Part shown: in pieces, positions 35,271 through 45,587 of the stretch | Numbering within the stretch: position 1 is the first letter of the stretch | How the letters are laid out: each line of letters opens with the position of its first letter | DNA from: Vitreimonas sp. | GTDB lineage: Bacteria; Pseudomonadota; Alphaproteobacteria; Caulobacterales; Aquidulcibacteraceae | Direction of reading: 5' to 3' | DNA length: 64,000 nucleotides | Assembly (NCBI GenBank): GCA_049287825.1 | Contig: JBAQGO010000114.1 | Span: forward strand, 1,538 to 65,537 | Made by a program: the position numbers and the translations under genes | The notes under the pieces: model-generated | The model's database searches: none | What the model saw: only the letters and a program-made list of their open reading frames with translations | What the model was told of the DNA's origin: nothing

Positions 35271-36905
35271 TCACGCCACGTCTTGGGAGAGGATTTTGCG
35301 AAGCGTGTAAGCCAGTTGCTCCAGGGTATACGGTTTCGACAGAACCTCGATCTCCTGGTCGCTGATATCGGAGCTAGGCGGGTCGGGACGGGCGTATCCC
35401 GTGGAGAGAACGATCTTAAGGTCAGGGCGCAGCATCAACGCTTCGCGCGCCAGGAGACGACCGTTCATGTCGGGCATGACAATGTCAGTGAAGAGCAAGG
35501 AGATGTCGGCGCGCACGCGAAGCACTTGCAGCGCCTCCGCGGCCGTTGAGGCAAGCAGCACCTTACATCCCAATTCGCGTAAGCTGGCGGCGCAGATTTC
35601 ACGCACACGCGGGTCATCCTCGACGAGCAGAACCAGGTGGGCTTCCCCCAATGGCGCAAGCGCGTTTTGGTGAGCGGGCGGGCGTTGCTCGCGTTCGCCG
35701 GCATGCTGGGGCAGGTAAAGGTTGAACGTCGTTCCTTTTCCGATCTCGGATTGAACCTCGACACCTCCGCCCGATTGTTTAACGAAGCCATATATTTGGC
35801 TGAGACCAAGGCCTGTGCCTTTGCCGACCTCCTTGGTGGTGAAGAAGGGCTCGAACGCGCGCGCCATAACCTCAGGCGTCATGCCGACGCCGCTATCGCG
35901 CACCGAGAGCGTGGCGTAGCTGCCGGCGCGCAGTGCGCCGCACGCTTGCGCGCTCGTCTCGTCGATCTGGGCGTTCGCCGTCAGGATTGTGATCGTCCCG
36001 CCGTCCGGCATCGCATCACGGGCGTTGATCGCCAGGTTGAGAATGGCGTTTTCAAGCTGACCTGGATCGGCCCTGGTCAGCCACAGGTCATCGGCGAGGT
36101 CAGTCACGATCACGACATGCTCGCCAAGCGTACGCAGCAAGAGTTCACGCATCGCGGAAACGATGTCATTGATGTTGACGGCCTTCGGACTAAGCGGAGA
36201 CCGGCGGGAGAAAGCAAGCAGGCGCTTAGTGAGATCGGCGGCCCGCTGAGCTCCGTCCAACGCCGCAGCCAGCAATGACGAGAAATCCTGGCCCTTGGCG
36301 CGCCGCTTCTCAACCAGGTTGAGCGCGCCGATCACGACGGCGAGCATGTTGTTAAAGTCGTGGGCTATGCCGCCTGTGAGTTGGCCGACAGCCTCCATCT
36401 TCTGCAGCTGACGCTGGTTTTCCTCAGCTTTCATTCGCTCTGCGACCGCTTCTTCCACCCGCGTTTCCAACACTGCGTTGAGGGCGCGGAGATCGGCGGT
36501 GGCCTGGTTCGCCGCGGCTTTCGCCGTCAGGAGTTCTTGTTCGTAGCGCCGGCGATCGGTGGCGCTAAACACCGTGACGCGGATAAAGCTGGTTTGACCT
36601 GCCTCGTCCTTGCGTTCCATGGCGTTGACCAGAACTGGCAGGCGGGCGCCGGAATTGGTGACAAAATCGAGCGCAACCTCATTGAAAAATCCCTGCATGC
36701 GCAGAAGCGGCGCGAAGTGGGTTTCATAAAAGATGCGGCCAGCGACATTCAGCAGATCGTGGAGACGTTTGCCCATTATCGCGCCGGCGTCGTATCCAAG
36801 CCAGTCGAGCAGCGTCTTGTTGACTTTGATGATGCGGCCGCTCGCGTCGAGCGAAAGGTAACCACAGGGCGCATTGTCGAAGAGATCTTCGTAGTCTTCG
36901 GTCAT
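35271..36905 (-). CDS. hybrid sensor histidine kinase (PAS-HisKA-HATPase-REC)
   Basis: PAS (LFDNAPCGYLSLDASGRIIKVNKTL), [27 protein letters not shown] (FTDIVMPDMNG, LSKPY). The ATG overlaps the stop of the hydrolase gene (ATGA at 36902-36905). Confidence 0.9.
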   Translation of the reverse strand: MTEDYEDLFDNAPCGYLSLDASGRIIKVNKTLLDWLGYDAGAIMGKRLHDLLNVAGRIFYETHFAPLLRMQGFFNEVALDFVTNSGARLPVLVNAMERKDEAGQTSFIRVTVFSATDRRRYEQELLTAKAAANQATADLRALNAVLETRVEEAVAERMKAEENQRQLQKMEAVGQLTGGIAHDFNNMLAVVIGALNLVEKRRAKGQDFSSLLAAALDGAQRAADLTKRLLAFSRRSPLSPKAVNINDIVSAMRELLLRTLGEHVVIVTDLADDLWLTRADPGQLENAILNLAINARDAMPDGGTITILTANAQIDETSAQACGALRAGSYATLSVRDSGVGMTPEVMARAFEPFFTTKEVGKGTGLGLSQIYGFVKQSGGGVEVQSEIGKGTTFNLYLPQHAGEREQRPPAHQNALAPLGEAHLVLLVEDDPRVREICAASLRELGCKVLLASTAAEALQVLRVRADISLLFTDIVMPDMNGRLLAREALMLRPDLKIVLSTGYARPDPPSSDISDQEIEVLSKPYTLEQLAYTLRKILSQDVA

Positions 36906-37696
36906 GCCGCCAAGAACGCCCGTATGGCGGCGATCGTCTCCTCCGGTGCGCTGAGATTGGGGCAATGGCCAGTGGCCTTCATGGTGACCAGCGTGCTGTT
37001 GGGCATGTGACGATGCACGTAGGCGCCCACCTCGGCCGAGGCGATGATGTCTTCGCTGCACTGAAGAATAAGCGTCCGCGCCGTCACCGCCGCCAGATCG
37101 GCGCGATTGTCCGAGGTGAAGGTTGTGCGGGCGAAGTGTTTGGCGATTTCGGGGTCGGTTCTACAGAAACTGTTGGTCAATTCCTCGCCCAATTCGGGGC
37201 GCTCGGTATTGCCCATGATCGAAGGCGCCATGGCCGCCGACCAGCCCAAATAATTGCTGTCGAGAAAACCCAGCAGCTCTTCGATCTGATCAGCCTCGAA
37301 GCCGCCAACATAGTCACCGCTATTGATGTAGCGCGGGGAGGGGCCGACCAAAACCAGCTCGCGGAACAAGTCGGGCGCCTTCGCGGCGGCGAGCACGCCG
37401 ATCATGGCGCTGACGGAATGGCCTACAAACACGCCGTCGGAAACCTCGACATCGCGGCAAATCTCGACGACGTCTTCAGCATAGCCTTCAAGGTTTGAAT
37501 ACTTTTCGCGGTGATAGGCGCTCAGATCTGAACCCCCGGCGCCAACATGATCGAAAAGCACGACTTTGAACTTGTCTTCGAATGCCGGCGCCACCCAGCG
37601 CCACATGTTCTGATCGCAACCGAAGCCGTGAGCAAAAACCATCGCCCGCTCGCCTCGTCCGCGAATATGCACATTGTTCCGTTGGCGGATGGTCAA
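36902..37696 (-). CDS. RsbQ / KAI2 / D14-like alpha/beta hydrolase
   Basis: MVFAHGFGCDQNMWRWV, nucleophile elbow VGHSVSAM, TGHCPNLSAPE. Proposed TTG start at 37696 is preceded by GAGGAG, giving 264 aa. The longer track ORF reaches 37837. Confidence 0.85.
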   Translation of the reverse strand: MTIRQRNNVHIRGRGERAMVFAHGFGCDQNMWRWVAPAFEDKFKVVLFDHVGAGGSDLSAYHREKYSNLEGYAEDVVEICRDVEVSDGVFVGHSVSAMIGVLAAAKAPDLFRELVLVGPSPRYINSGDYVGGFEADQIEELLGFLDSNYLGWSAAMAPSIMGNTERPELGEELTNSFCRTDPEIAKHFARTTFTSDNRADLAAVTARTLILQCSEDIIASAEVGAYVHRHMPNSTLVTMKATGHCPNLSAPEETIAAIRAFLAA

Positions 37697-37866
37697 GGGA
37701 GGCTCCTCGCGCCCGCATTCGGCGCCGCGGAAACATAGTGCCTGTGGCGTCAAAAAGACACGCAAGCCGCTGCAAAGAGGAGATCGGGCTGTGCGAGAAT
37801 GTGAAATGGCGCAGAGCCACCCCGCGAACTGCTGCAAGCCGTTGCGCGATTTCTCACATACAGCCT

Positions 37867-39405
37867 ATGCGCGAAATGAAGAAGAGCCTAGCTTGGATAG
37901 AGCGCTGGGCGCAGCTTTGGAAATCCAGGGTCAATCGCGCGGCGTCGAAGGCGCGGGAACGCGCGCGAGAGGGCGAGATGGCAGATTTGCCTGAGCTCGA
38001 GCAAGTCGTTGCGACAGGACCGCAACCAGGCCCGCAATGTGACGAACCGCGCTTTCGCCAACTTCTCGAAGCGATGCCAGAGGCGGTTTACACGACCGAC
38101 GCGCAGGGCAGGATCACTTTTTTTAACGAAGCAGCTGTGACGCTTTGGGGCCAACGTCCGCGCTTGGGTGAAAGCAAGTTCTGCGGCTCGTTGAAGTTGT
38201 TTTGCCCCAGCGGCGCGCCGTTGCCGCACGACCAATGTCCAATGGCGATCGCGCTCAAGGAGCGGCGCTCGATCCGGAACATCGAAGCGGTCTTGGAGCG
38301 GCCTGACGGGGTACGCGTGCCGTTCCTGCCGTTTCCGACGCCGCTGTTCAGCCCTGCCGGCGAATTGTCCGGCGCGGTAAATATGTTGATCGACCTGCGC
38401 GACCGTGAAGCCGCCAATGAGATCGGCCAGAGGCTGGCGGCGATCGTGGAATCTTCGGACGACGCCATACTGGCAAAGGATCTCGATGGCGTCATCACCA
38501 GCTGGAACAAGGGTGCGGAACGTTTATTCGGTTATGCCGAGCACGAGATGATCGGGCGCCCGGTCACTATGCTCATTCCGGCCGATCGGCTCGACGAAGA
38601 GCCCCGTATTCTCGAACGCATTCGCGCCGGTGATCGCATCGAACATTATGAAACCATTCGCCGTCGCAAGGATGGCAGCCTGGTTGAAATTTCTCTGGCG
38701 GTTTCGCCGATCAGAAATCGACTTGGCGTAGTGGTTGGCGCCTCGAAAGTGGCGCGCGACATAACCGAGCGCAAGCGCGCTGAGGCGCAGAAGACCTTGC
38801 TGCTTCGGGAAATGGATCACCGGGCCAAAAACCTCTTCACTTTGGCCAATAGCATCGTTGCGGTCAGCGCGCGGTCAGCCCAAGACGTATTCGAACTTGC
38901 AGCCATCGTCAGCAAACGACTCGGGGCTCTCGCGCGCGCGCATGCGCTAACACTGCAGCCAATTGACCAAAACGCTGAAAGGATCGAGCAATCGACCACC
39001 CTGCATGCGTTGGTCGGGGCGATTCTGTCGCCCTACATTGGCGACGAATGCGGTTCGGATTGGCGCGCGAGCATTACCGGCGACGACGTCGTGGTCGCGG
39101 CGGGGCGGGTGACAAGCCTTGCCCTACTGCTGAACGAGTTGGCAACCAATTCGGCAAAATATGGCGCGCTCAGCTGTGCTAACGGCTCGATCGACGTAAG
39201 CTGCGCTCGTAACGGTGGGGAAACTGTGTTGATCTGGAAGGAGCGCGGCGGTCCGCCTATCGAACAGGCAGCCGCGCAGGACGGCTTCGGCAGTTTTCTC
39301 ATTCGGGCGACGGTCGAGGGACAATTGGGCGGAGCAATCGAACGCCATTGGTGCGCGGAAGGATTGGAAATTATGCTCTCCATGCAGACATCAAGGTTGG
39401 CGTGA
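37867..39405 (+). CDS. PAS-PAS-HWE sensor histidine kinase
   Basis: PAS1 with PHDQCPMAIAL, PAS2 (IVESSDDAILAKDLDGVITSWNKGAERLFGY), HWE core (REMDHRAKNLFTLANS, NELATNSAKYGAL, GFGSFLI). Start set at the MREMKK ATG and is uncertain. Confidence 0.85.
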   Translation: MREMKKSLAWIERWAQLWKSRVNRAASKARERAREGEMADLPELEQVVATGPQPGPQCDEPRFRQLLEAMPEAVYTTDAQGRITFFNEAAVTLWGQRPRLGESKFCGSLKLFCPSGAPLPHDQCPMAIALKERRSIRNIEAVLERPDGVRVPFLPFPTPLFSPAGELSGAVNMLIDLRDREAANEIGQRLAAIVESSDDAILAKDLDGVITSWNKGAERLFGYAEHEMIGRPVTMLIPADRLDEEPRILERIRAGDRIEHYETIRRRKDGSLVEISLAVSPIRNRLGVVVGASKVARDITERKRAEAQKTLLLREMDHRAKNLFTLANSIVAVSARSAQDVFELAAIVSKRLGALARAHALTLQPIDQNAERIEQSTTLHALVGAILSPYIGDECGSDWRASITGDDVVVAAGRVTSLALLLNELATNSAKYGALSCANGSIDVSCARNGGETVLIWKERGGPPIEQAAAQDGFGSFLIRATVEGQLGGAIERHWCAEGLEIMLSMQTSRLA

Positions 39406-39626
39406 TCAAAGGACCTCTCAGCCAAAGCGCCGGGAGCATTCGAAGCGATGGCTGCGCTTGCAACACGCGCGCGCCGCGCTCGCGCAGTGGACCCCTGACG
39501 GGGTAGAACTTTGTTGGACGTGGCCCCGCCTTGGGCAGGCGGAATGGCTCACTCGCGTCAACGGCGTCGCTTAGATTGATCCGCTGCAACGGCTATTCGA
39601 GCGCAAATCGCCAGCTCAAGAAAGGC

Positions 39627-39800
39627 TCATTGGCGCTGCGCCAGCGCGTAGGCCACCAAGGCGTCGCCGACGGGTGTTTTCATAAAGTGGTGGCCGCCCG
39701 CCATGATCACGATGTACTGGCGGCCGTTGGCTTCATAGGTCATCGCCTCGCCTGTCCGCCTGCGGGCAATGTCGCCTGCCAATTGCACGCGCGCCAATAG
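39627..39800 (-). pseudogene. C-terminal remnant of a PQQ-dependent (glucose/quinate-type) dehydrogenase
   Basis: GEAMTYEANGRQYIVIMAGGHHFMKTPVGDALVAYALA matches the extreme C-terminus of membrane PQQ glucose dehydrogenases (PMTYEVNGKQYVVISAGGHGSFGTKMGDYIVAYALP as I recall it). The rest of the roughly 800-aa enzyme is absent. Confidence 0.55.
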
Positions 39801-39994
39801 AGATTTGGGCGCGGCGCATGAGCGGCCTTCGGTTGAGAAGCGCGCCTCGACAGGCGACAACCGGATAAGGCGTTGACGATTGGTCATTTCGAATGTGGTT
39901 TCAGTTTGCGACCTTGAGATTTTGAGATGCGCAAGTATTCGCGCGAATCGTGCAACCCTGACACGAGCGATCGGAACATTGCGGCGCGGAGTCG

Positions 39995-40279
39995 TTGGAA
40001 GTGGCTGGCGGCGACAACCTCAAGACGCCTCTTAAGCATGAGGCGCTGCCAGACGCGGCGCCGGCAATCTACCTTGGTCTGAAGCCCGACTTTACCATGG
40101 TGGCGGCCGAGCGCGCGCTTCAGACCAAAACGGCCGACATGGCGGTCGAAAAGTACAACATGCGCAAGCCGGAATCCGCAGGCGGCGGATTCGACGTGTG
40201 CAGCCCGATGCGCCCGCAGACCGATGCCGAGTGGGTGGAAAGCCAAGTCTGTCGCCACCTGAAGCGGTTGCTTTTATGA
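39995..40279 (+). pseudogene. internally deleted, diverged copy of the N-terminal PAS domain of the downstream kinase
   Basis: The 94-codon ORF reads AAPAIYLGLKPDFTMVAAERALQTKTADMAVEKYNMRKPESAGGGFDV. The kinase reads [23 protein letters not shown]...(about 50 aa)...[28 protein letters not shown]. Its TGA overlaps the kinase ATG. Confidence 0.45.
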
Positions 40280-43107
40280 CGAACCCGCCAGGTGTGAATG
40301 TCGACTTCGAAGCGCTGTTTGAAGCCGCACCGGGCATCTATCTGGTGCTCGACGCTGAATTCAACATGGTGGCCGCCAACACGGCGCGTCTCAACGCCAC
40401 CATGACGACGCGCGAGGAGGTTATCGGGCGCAACCTGTTTGAGGTGTTTCCCGACAATCCAGATGATGCAGCCGCCGATGGCGTGCGCAATCTGCTCACT
40501 TCGCTTGAGCGCGTTTTGCAAACAAAACTGCCGGACGCCATGGCGGTCCAAAAATATGATATTCCCCGCCCGGAAGGCCAAGGCGGCGGCTTTGAGGTTC
40601 GCTATTGGAGCCCGCTCAACACGCCAGTTCTCGCAAGCGACGGCGAGGTCAAATACATTATCCATCGCGTTGAAGACGTGACCGACTTCATGGCTCTGAA
40701 ACAGCAAGAGGCGCGTCTTCAATCGCATGCTGACCGGGTCGAGAATGAAATCTATCAGCGCGCCAAGGAAGTTCAGGAAGCCAATCGCAAATTTGAGCTC
40801 GCCAACGCTGAACTGGCCCGGCTCAACAGCGAGACGCAGGATTTAGCCGCGAGCCAGCAGCGCTTCTTCAGCCATGTCAGCCATGAGCTGAGGACCCCGC
40901 TCACCCTTATCCTCGGGCCTGTCGAGGCGCTCTTGGCCGATAGAGCCGCCTTGGGTTCAGATCAGGTTCGCAATCTTGAGGTCATCGCCCGCAACGCGCG
41001 CACGCTGCTTCGTCACGTGAACGACCTCCTGGACGTGGTCAAGTACAGGTCCGGCTCGACGCAACTCACTTATGCGCGTGCTGATCTGTCCGAGCGCCTA
41101 CGGGTCGCCGCGGCGCATTTTGACTCTGCCTCTACCGGTCTTGCAGTCACCATAGAACTCGCGGCGCCCGCGCATCTTTATGCGGAGTTCGACGTCGAGA
41201 AAGTGGACCGCATCCTCATCAACCTCTTGTCCAACGCCTTCAAGTTTTCACCCAGGGACGGGCGCATTCGGTGTAGCCTTGCAGGCGATCACAACCACGC
41301 CGCCATCGCGATTGCCGACGACGGCCCGGGGGTGGCGCCGGCCTTGCGCGAAGCCATCTTCGAACCCTTCCGCCAGGGCGATGAGGGGCTCACCGGGCGC
41401 GCCTCCGGCACGGGGCTGGGCCTTGCCATCGTTCGTGATTTTGTCGTGCTGCATGGGGGGTCAATTGCGGTTCGCGACGCTCAAGGCGGCGGGGCGCTGT
41501 TTGAATGCCGCCTGCCGCTTAGCGCGCCGCCAGGTATTGAGGTGGGTGAAGCGGCGCCCGGCATCGATGAGTGGAATTTTCACCAAGCCGTCGAAGAGCG
41601 AAGCGCTCCCGCCGAGCCGCTGGCGACGGCTTTAGTTGCGCCCGCGCCGCTTGTGCTCATCGTCGAAGACAATGCCGACATGGCCCACTTCATTGCTCAG
41701 ACGCTGATGCCGCGCTGCCGTATCGTGATCGCGGCCGATGGGCGCGAGGGATTGACCGAAGCCGGCCTCGTCCAGCCTGACCTCATTGTCAGTGACCTGA
41801 TGATGCCGAATATGAGCGGCGATCAGTTGATCGCTGCCCTCGCCGAGCGCCCGATTTTGCGCGACATCCCCGTGCTTTTGCTCACCGCCAGGGCCGATCA
41901 AGACACCCGCATCGAGGCGCTGCGTCAGGGCGCTCAGGATTTGCTCGCCAAACCGTTCTCAGCCGAGGAATTGCGCGCGCGCGTCGATAACCTCATTCGC
42001 TCCAAACAGGCAGCAGATCTCGTCCGGCGCGGCAAGCGCGTGTCGGAGCAGAAATACCGGCAATTGATGGACGGCGCTCTCGACGGGATTTTCATTCTAA
42101 CGGCCGACGGCGTCATTCTTGACGCAAACCGTCGCGCCGAGGAGTTTTGCGGTTGCCCCGGCGCCAGCCTTATTGGCAGTCATCTCGACGAAGCCCTCGA
42201 CGTAACCAATGCGAGAGGCGCAAAGCTCAATATCGACACCGGTCCGGTCTTTGAGACCGTTGCAGGCAAAGACGACGCGCGGCGCTTCTTCGAGGGGTCG
42301 AGCGCGGCTGTTGCCATCGACAATGAGAGCTATCGTCTTCTAATTTTGCGCGACGTCACCATGCAGCGGCGGCTCGAAGCGCAATTGCATCGCGTGCAGA
42401 AGCTCGATGCGCTGGGTCAGCTGACCGGGGGCGTTGCGCATGATTTCAACAACCTCCTAGGTGCAGTCGCGCTCAACATGGAGGCGTTAAAGGCCCGCCT
42501 AACCGAGGGATCGGAAGCAAGCAAGATTGCCGCCAATGTCGAAAGGGCCACCGAGAGAGGTCAGGCGATGACCCGCCGGCTGCTCGCGTTTGCGCGCCAG
42601 CAGCCTGTTGTCCCGCGGGAATGCGACCTCAACGCGCTTGTGACGGCCTCGGTGGAAATGCTGCAGCGAGCGTTGCCGCCTTCGATCAAGCTTGAGGTCG
42701 ATCTCGATCCAAGCCTTGGTTCCGCTTTCATCGATTCCGCCCAGTTTGAAGATGCGCTTCTCAACCTCGCCATAAACGCGCGCGACGCGATGCCGGCAGG
42801 GGGCCGTCTCGCATTTTCGACGTCGTCGGCGCGGATTGACACGGCAATTGCGGGGCTGGCGCCCGCCGGTGATTACGTATCCGTGGCCGTCGCCGACACC
42901 GGCGCAGGCATGAGCGAAGAAACCCAACTGCGCATTTTTGAACCGTTCTTCACCACGAAAGAGGAAGGCAGAGGCACAGGGTTGGGGCTGTCGCAAGTCT
43001 ATGGATTTGCGCGTCAAGCCGGTGGCGAGGTGCGCGTCGCCAGTGCGATCGGAGAGGGGGCAACGATCACGATCCTCTTGCCATCGTGCAAAATGAAACG
43101 CCGCTGA
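40276..43107 (+). CDS. multidomain sensor: PAS-HisKA-HATPase-REC-PAS-HisKA-HATPase (two kinase cores)
   Basis: Core 1: [23 protein letters not shown]: [19 protein letters not shown]. Core 2: [24 protein letters not shown]. Start at the MTNPPG ATG. Confidence 0.9.
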   Translation: MTNPPGVNVDFEALFEAAPGIYLVLDAEFNMVAANTARLNATMTTREEVIGRNLFEVFPDNPDDAAADGVRNLLTSLERVLQTKLPDAMAVQKYDIPRPEGQGGGFEVRYWSPLNTPVLASDGEVKYIIHRVEDVTDFMALKQQEARLQSHADRVENEIYQRAKEVQEANRKFELANAELARLNSETQDLAASQQRFFSHVSHELRTPLTLILGPVEALLADRAALGSDQVRNLEVIARNARTLLRHVNDLLDVVKYRSGSTQLTYARADLSERLRVAAAHFDSASTGLAVTIELAAPAHLYAEFDVEKVDRILINLLSNAFKFSPRDGRIRCSLAGDHNHAAIAIADDGPGVAPALREAIFEPFRQGDEGLTGRASGTGLGLAIVRDFVVLHGGSIAVRDAQGGGALFECRLPLSAPPGIEVGEAAPGIDEWNFHQAVEERSAPAEPLATALVAPAPLVLIVEDNADMAHFIAQTLMPRCRIVIAADGREGLTEAGLVQPDLIVSDLMMPNMSGDQLIAALAERPILRDIPVLLLTARADQDTRIEALRQGAQDLLAKPFSAEELRARVDNLIRSKQAADLVRRGKRVSEQKYRQLMDGALDGIFILTADGVILDANRRAEEFCGCPGASLIGSHLDEALDVTNARGAKLNIDTGPVFETVAGKDDARRFFEGSSAAVAIDNESYRLLILRDVTMQRRLEAQLHRVQKLDALGQLTGGVAHDFNNLLGAVALNMEALKARLTEGSEASKIAANVERATERGQAMTRRLLAFARQQPVVPRECDLNALVTASVEMLQRALPPSIKLEVDLDPSLGSAFIDSAQFEDALLNLAINARDAMPAGGRLAFSTSSARIDTAIAGLAPAGDYVSVAVADTGAGMSEETQLRIFEPFFTTKEEGRGTGLGLSQVYGFARQAGGEVRVASAIGEGATITILLPSCKMKRR

Positions 43108-43128
43108 TGAAGCTCTCGGCGCCAGTTT

Positions 43129-43929
43129 TCACAGACGCCGACTAAGAGTGTTCATCTCAGGCGAGGCCTTTAGGTTGAAGAGCAGCGAGGCGTAGACAAT
43201 GCCATGGCCATTTTCCTTGGTGTTTTCCAGCTGCGCCCCCCAATAGCCAAGAACGTGCAGGCGCTCGCTTACATCATAAGAGAGACCCGCGCCCAGGATG
43301 GTCGATGCGGCTAGATCCTTTTCCGCCGGCGTCTCGTGGAAAAGTTCAGCCCCGATCGTCACGCGATCGAAGCTTCGCGTCACCGCAAGGCCTGCCTCAC
43401 AGTACTCTTGCGAGGCGCCGCCGCGATTGATGGCGCAGCCTCCGCCGCCGAACACGCTCCAGTCATCGCCGCTGCGCCCGAGCCAGACGGGCAAGAAGAA
43501 AGAAGCATGGTCCTCACCGAAGCGCGATGGCGAAGGGAGGGTTAGATGCGGATAAACCGCGATATTGAGGCCCGAGCGTAGTTGATGGGCGACAAGAACT
43601 TTCCCCGCCAGATCGATATTGCCTAAACCCGACGCATACTGGCCCCCGCGGGGCCGCTCGAATTCAAGTGGCAGGCTTGCCGCGATCTGCACGTCCGGCG
43701 CTACGCCATAATTTATTTCAACACCGGCGGTGCCGGCGAGGTCGCCGTCGATAGCGCCGCCTTCGCCGAAAAGCAAAAACTCATAATGCCCAAGCGGCGT
43801 CGGGTCCGGATCGTCGGTCAGAAAAGGGGGGGGCCGCGTTGGCGGGCGCGGCCGTTGCTGCGGACGCAAGGAACATAAGCGCGCAGCAGCGCCAAAGCGC
43901 GCGCGAGCGAAAGGCGTGTTTCGGCGCAT
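43129..43929 (-). CDS. outer-membrane beta-barrel protein (MetA-pathway/phenol-degradation-like transporter family), N-terminus anomalous
   Basis: FLTDDPDPTPLGHYEF..., alternating beta-strand pattern, C-terminal ASLLFNL-type end. The encoded N-terminus (MRRNTPFARARFGAAARLCSLRPQQRPRPPTRPPP) lacks a hydrophobic signal core (see the G8 tract). Confidence 0.65.
   Translation of the reverse strand: MRRNTPFARARFGAAARLCSLRPQQRPRPPTRPPPFLTDDPDPTPLGHYEFLLFGEGGAIDGDLAGTAGVEINYGVAPDVQIAASLPLEFERPRGGQYASGLGNIDLAGKVLVAHQLRSGLNIAVYPHLTLPSPSRFGEDHASFFLPVWLGRSGDDWSVFGGGGCAINRGGASQEYCEAGLAVTRSFDRVTIGAELFHETPAEKDLAASTILGAGLSYDVSERLHVLGYWGAQLENTKENGHGIVYASLLFNLKASPEMNTLSRRL
43826..43833. repeat. G8/C8 homopolymer at the signal-peptide/mature junction of the outer-membrane protein gene
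   Basis: Eight consecutive G on the plus strand. The alternative frame upstream (ATG at 43876) encodes MFLASAATAAPANA, and with C7 this would run directly into APPFLTDDPDP. Confidence 0.9.
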
Positions 43930-43934
43930 CAGTT

Positions 43935-45587
43935 TCAGGCAGCGATTTGGAGGGATCTTAGGTCGGCGCCCCTGACGCTGTCGGGTTCGAGCGTCGCGAG
44001 CACAGTAAGGTGCGCGCTGGCGCCTTTGCCAGGCGCGCTCTCAAGCCACAGATCGCCGCCAAGCATCCGCGCGAGCCGTCGCGAAATGGAAAGCCCAAGG
44101 CCAGTGCCGCCGAACTCCTTTGAAATAGAGCTGTCGGCCTGTTCGAAAGGCTCAAACACGCGCATCATTTGCTCGTCGCTCATGCCAATGCCGTCGTCGA
44201 CCACTGAGAGCTTCAGCAGGGCGCGCCCGTCTCTTTCGATCACTTCCGCGAGGACGTCGACATGGCCTTCGCGTGTGAATTTGCATGCGTTCGAAACCAA
44301 GTTGAGCAGGCATTGGGCGAGTTTGCGCCGATCGGTCTTGATCGCTTCAACCCCGCCCACGGCGCGCCAGCGCAATTGGGTTTTGGACTTATCGGCGAGC
44401 GGTTGCGCAAGTGCTACGACATCCTCAATCATTTCGGCAGGTTCGAATGCGGCGATCTCGAGCCCAACCGCGCCGGATTCGATTTTGGCGAGATCGAGGA
44501 TATCGTTGATGAGCGAAAGCAAATGGCGCCCGGCTGCGGTGACCTTTGAAAGATCGGCAAGCGAGACGTGGTCGGCGTTCTCCCCGGCAAGCTCTTCTTC
44601 GACGATTTCGGTGTAGCCGATGATAGCGTTAAGGGGCGTGCGCAGTTCATGGCTCATATTGGCGAGGAATTGGGACTTGAGCCGGTTGGCTTCTTCGGCT
44701 GCGATGCGGAGCGCGCTTTCCCCGGCGTTGCGGGCGCGCTCCTCGTCTGCGCGTTCGCGCTGGCGTTCAGCTTCGGCGAGGGCGGTGTCGCGCTCGCGCG
44801 CTGCTTGGCGAAACGCGTCAAAGGCCCGCATCAAGGCGCCGATTTCGTCCTCACGCTCTGAAGCGAAGGCGCATTCCTCGCGCTCGCCGGCGGCGAGCCG
44901 GATCATGGCCTGAGTGACAGCGCCGAGGGGACGGGCAACGCCGCGGCCGACCACGAGAAGGGCGATGGCGCTTACCAGAACAAGGCCAAAAGCCGCGCCC
45001 CCAATCAGTAGAGCGAGTGCGGAGGTGGCTTGCGCGCGCGCGCTGCGCGAGGCCATTTCGAGATGATTGCTCTGCCTTGCGACCAAGGTGTCGAAGGCCT
45101 CGTCGCCGCGCTGCCAGATTTCAGACCCGTTGCGCCGCGCCAGAACATCGAAGGCGCTGCGCTCGCCGTGCAGAAGATGCTGGCGCGCCGCGCCCCACAT
45201 GCCTTCGTATTCCGAGATGGTGTCGGCAATGGCGTCTTCCAGTTCTTCGTCCGCAGGGGACACCTTGCGCTCGACGTCGCTCAAGCGGGTCCCCATCTCC
45301 TCGCGTTCGGAATTGAACCTCTGCAACAGCGATCCCATTTCGCCGCTTTGCGCTCCGCTCAGTTCAAACGCGAGCTGGTGCATGCGCGTGAAATTTTCCT
45401 GAGCCGATGTCGTCTCGCTCAAGACAACGGCCTCGCGGCTGACCAAGCGTTCGGTGCGTTGGGCGAGGCTGTTGATGTTGAACGCGGCGAGCAGAGTGAG
45501 CGCCGCGCACAGCCCAAAGAAGAGGGTCAAGACCAGCGAGATCTTGCGCGAAATCGGCACATTCTTCAGGACATCGAACTGGATCAT
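43935..45587 (-). CDS. membrane sensor histidine kinase (helical sensor-HAMP-HisKA-HATPase)
   Basis: TM1 ([21 protein letters not shown]), a roughly 150-aa helical periplasmic region, TM2, HAMP ([17 protein letters not shown]), [20 protein letters not shown]. Confidence 0.85.
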   Translation of the reverse strand: MIQFDVLKNVPISRKISLVLTLFFGLCAALTLLAAFNINSLAQRTERLVSREAVVLSETTSAQENFTRMHQLAFELSGAQSGEMGSLLQRFNSEREEMGTRLSDVERKVSPADEELEDAIADTISEYEGMWGAARQHLLHGERSAFDVLARRNGSEIWQRGDEAFDTLVARQSNHLEMASRSARAQATSALALLIGGAAFGLVLVSAIALLVVGRGVARPLGAVTQAMIRLAAGEREECAFASEREDEIGALMRAFDAFRQAARERDTALAEAERQRERADEERARNAGESALRIAAEEANRLKSQFLANMSHELRTPLNAIIGYTEIVEEELAGENADHVSLADLSKVTAAGRHLLSLINDILDLAKIESGAVGLEIAAFEPAEMIEDVVALAQPLADKSKTQLRWRAVGGVEAIKTDRRKLAQCLLNLVSNACKFTREGHVDVLAEVIERDGRALLKLSVVDDGIGMSDEQMMRVFEPFEQADSSISKEFGGTGLGLSISRRLARMLGGDLWLESAPGKGASAHLTVLATLEPDSVRGADLRSLQIAA

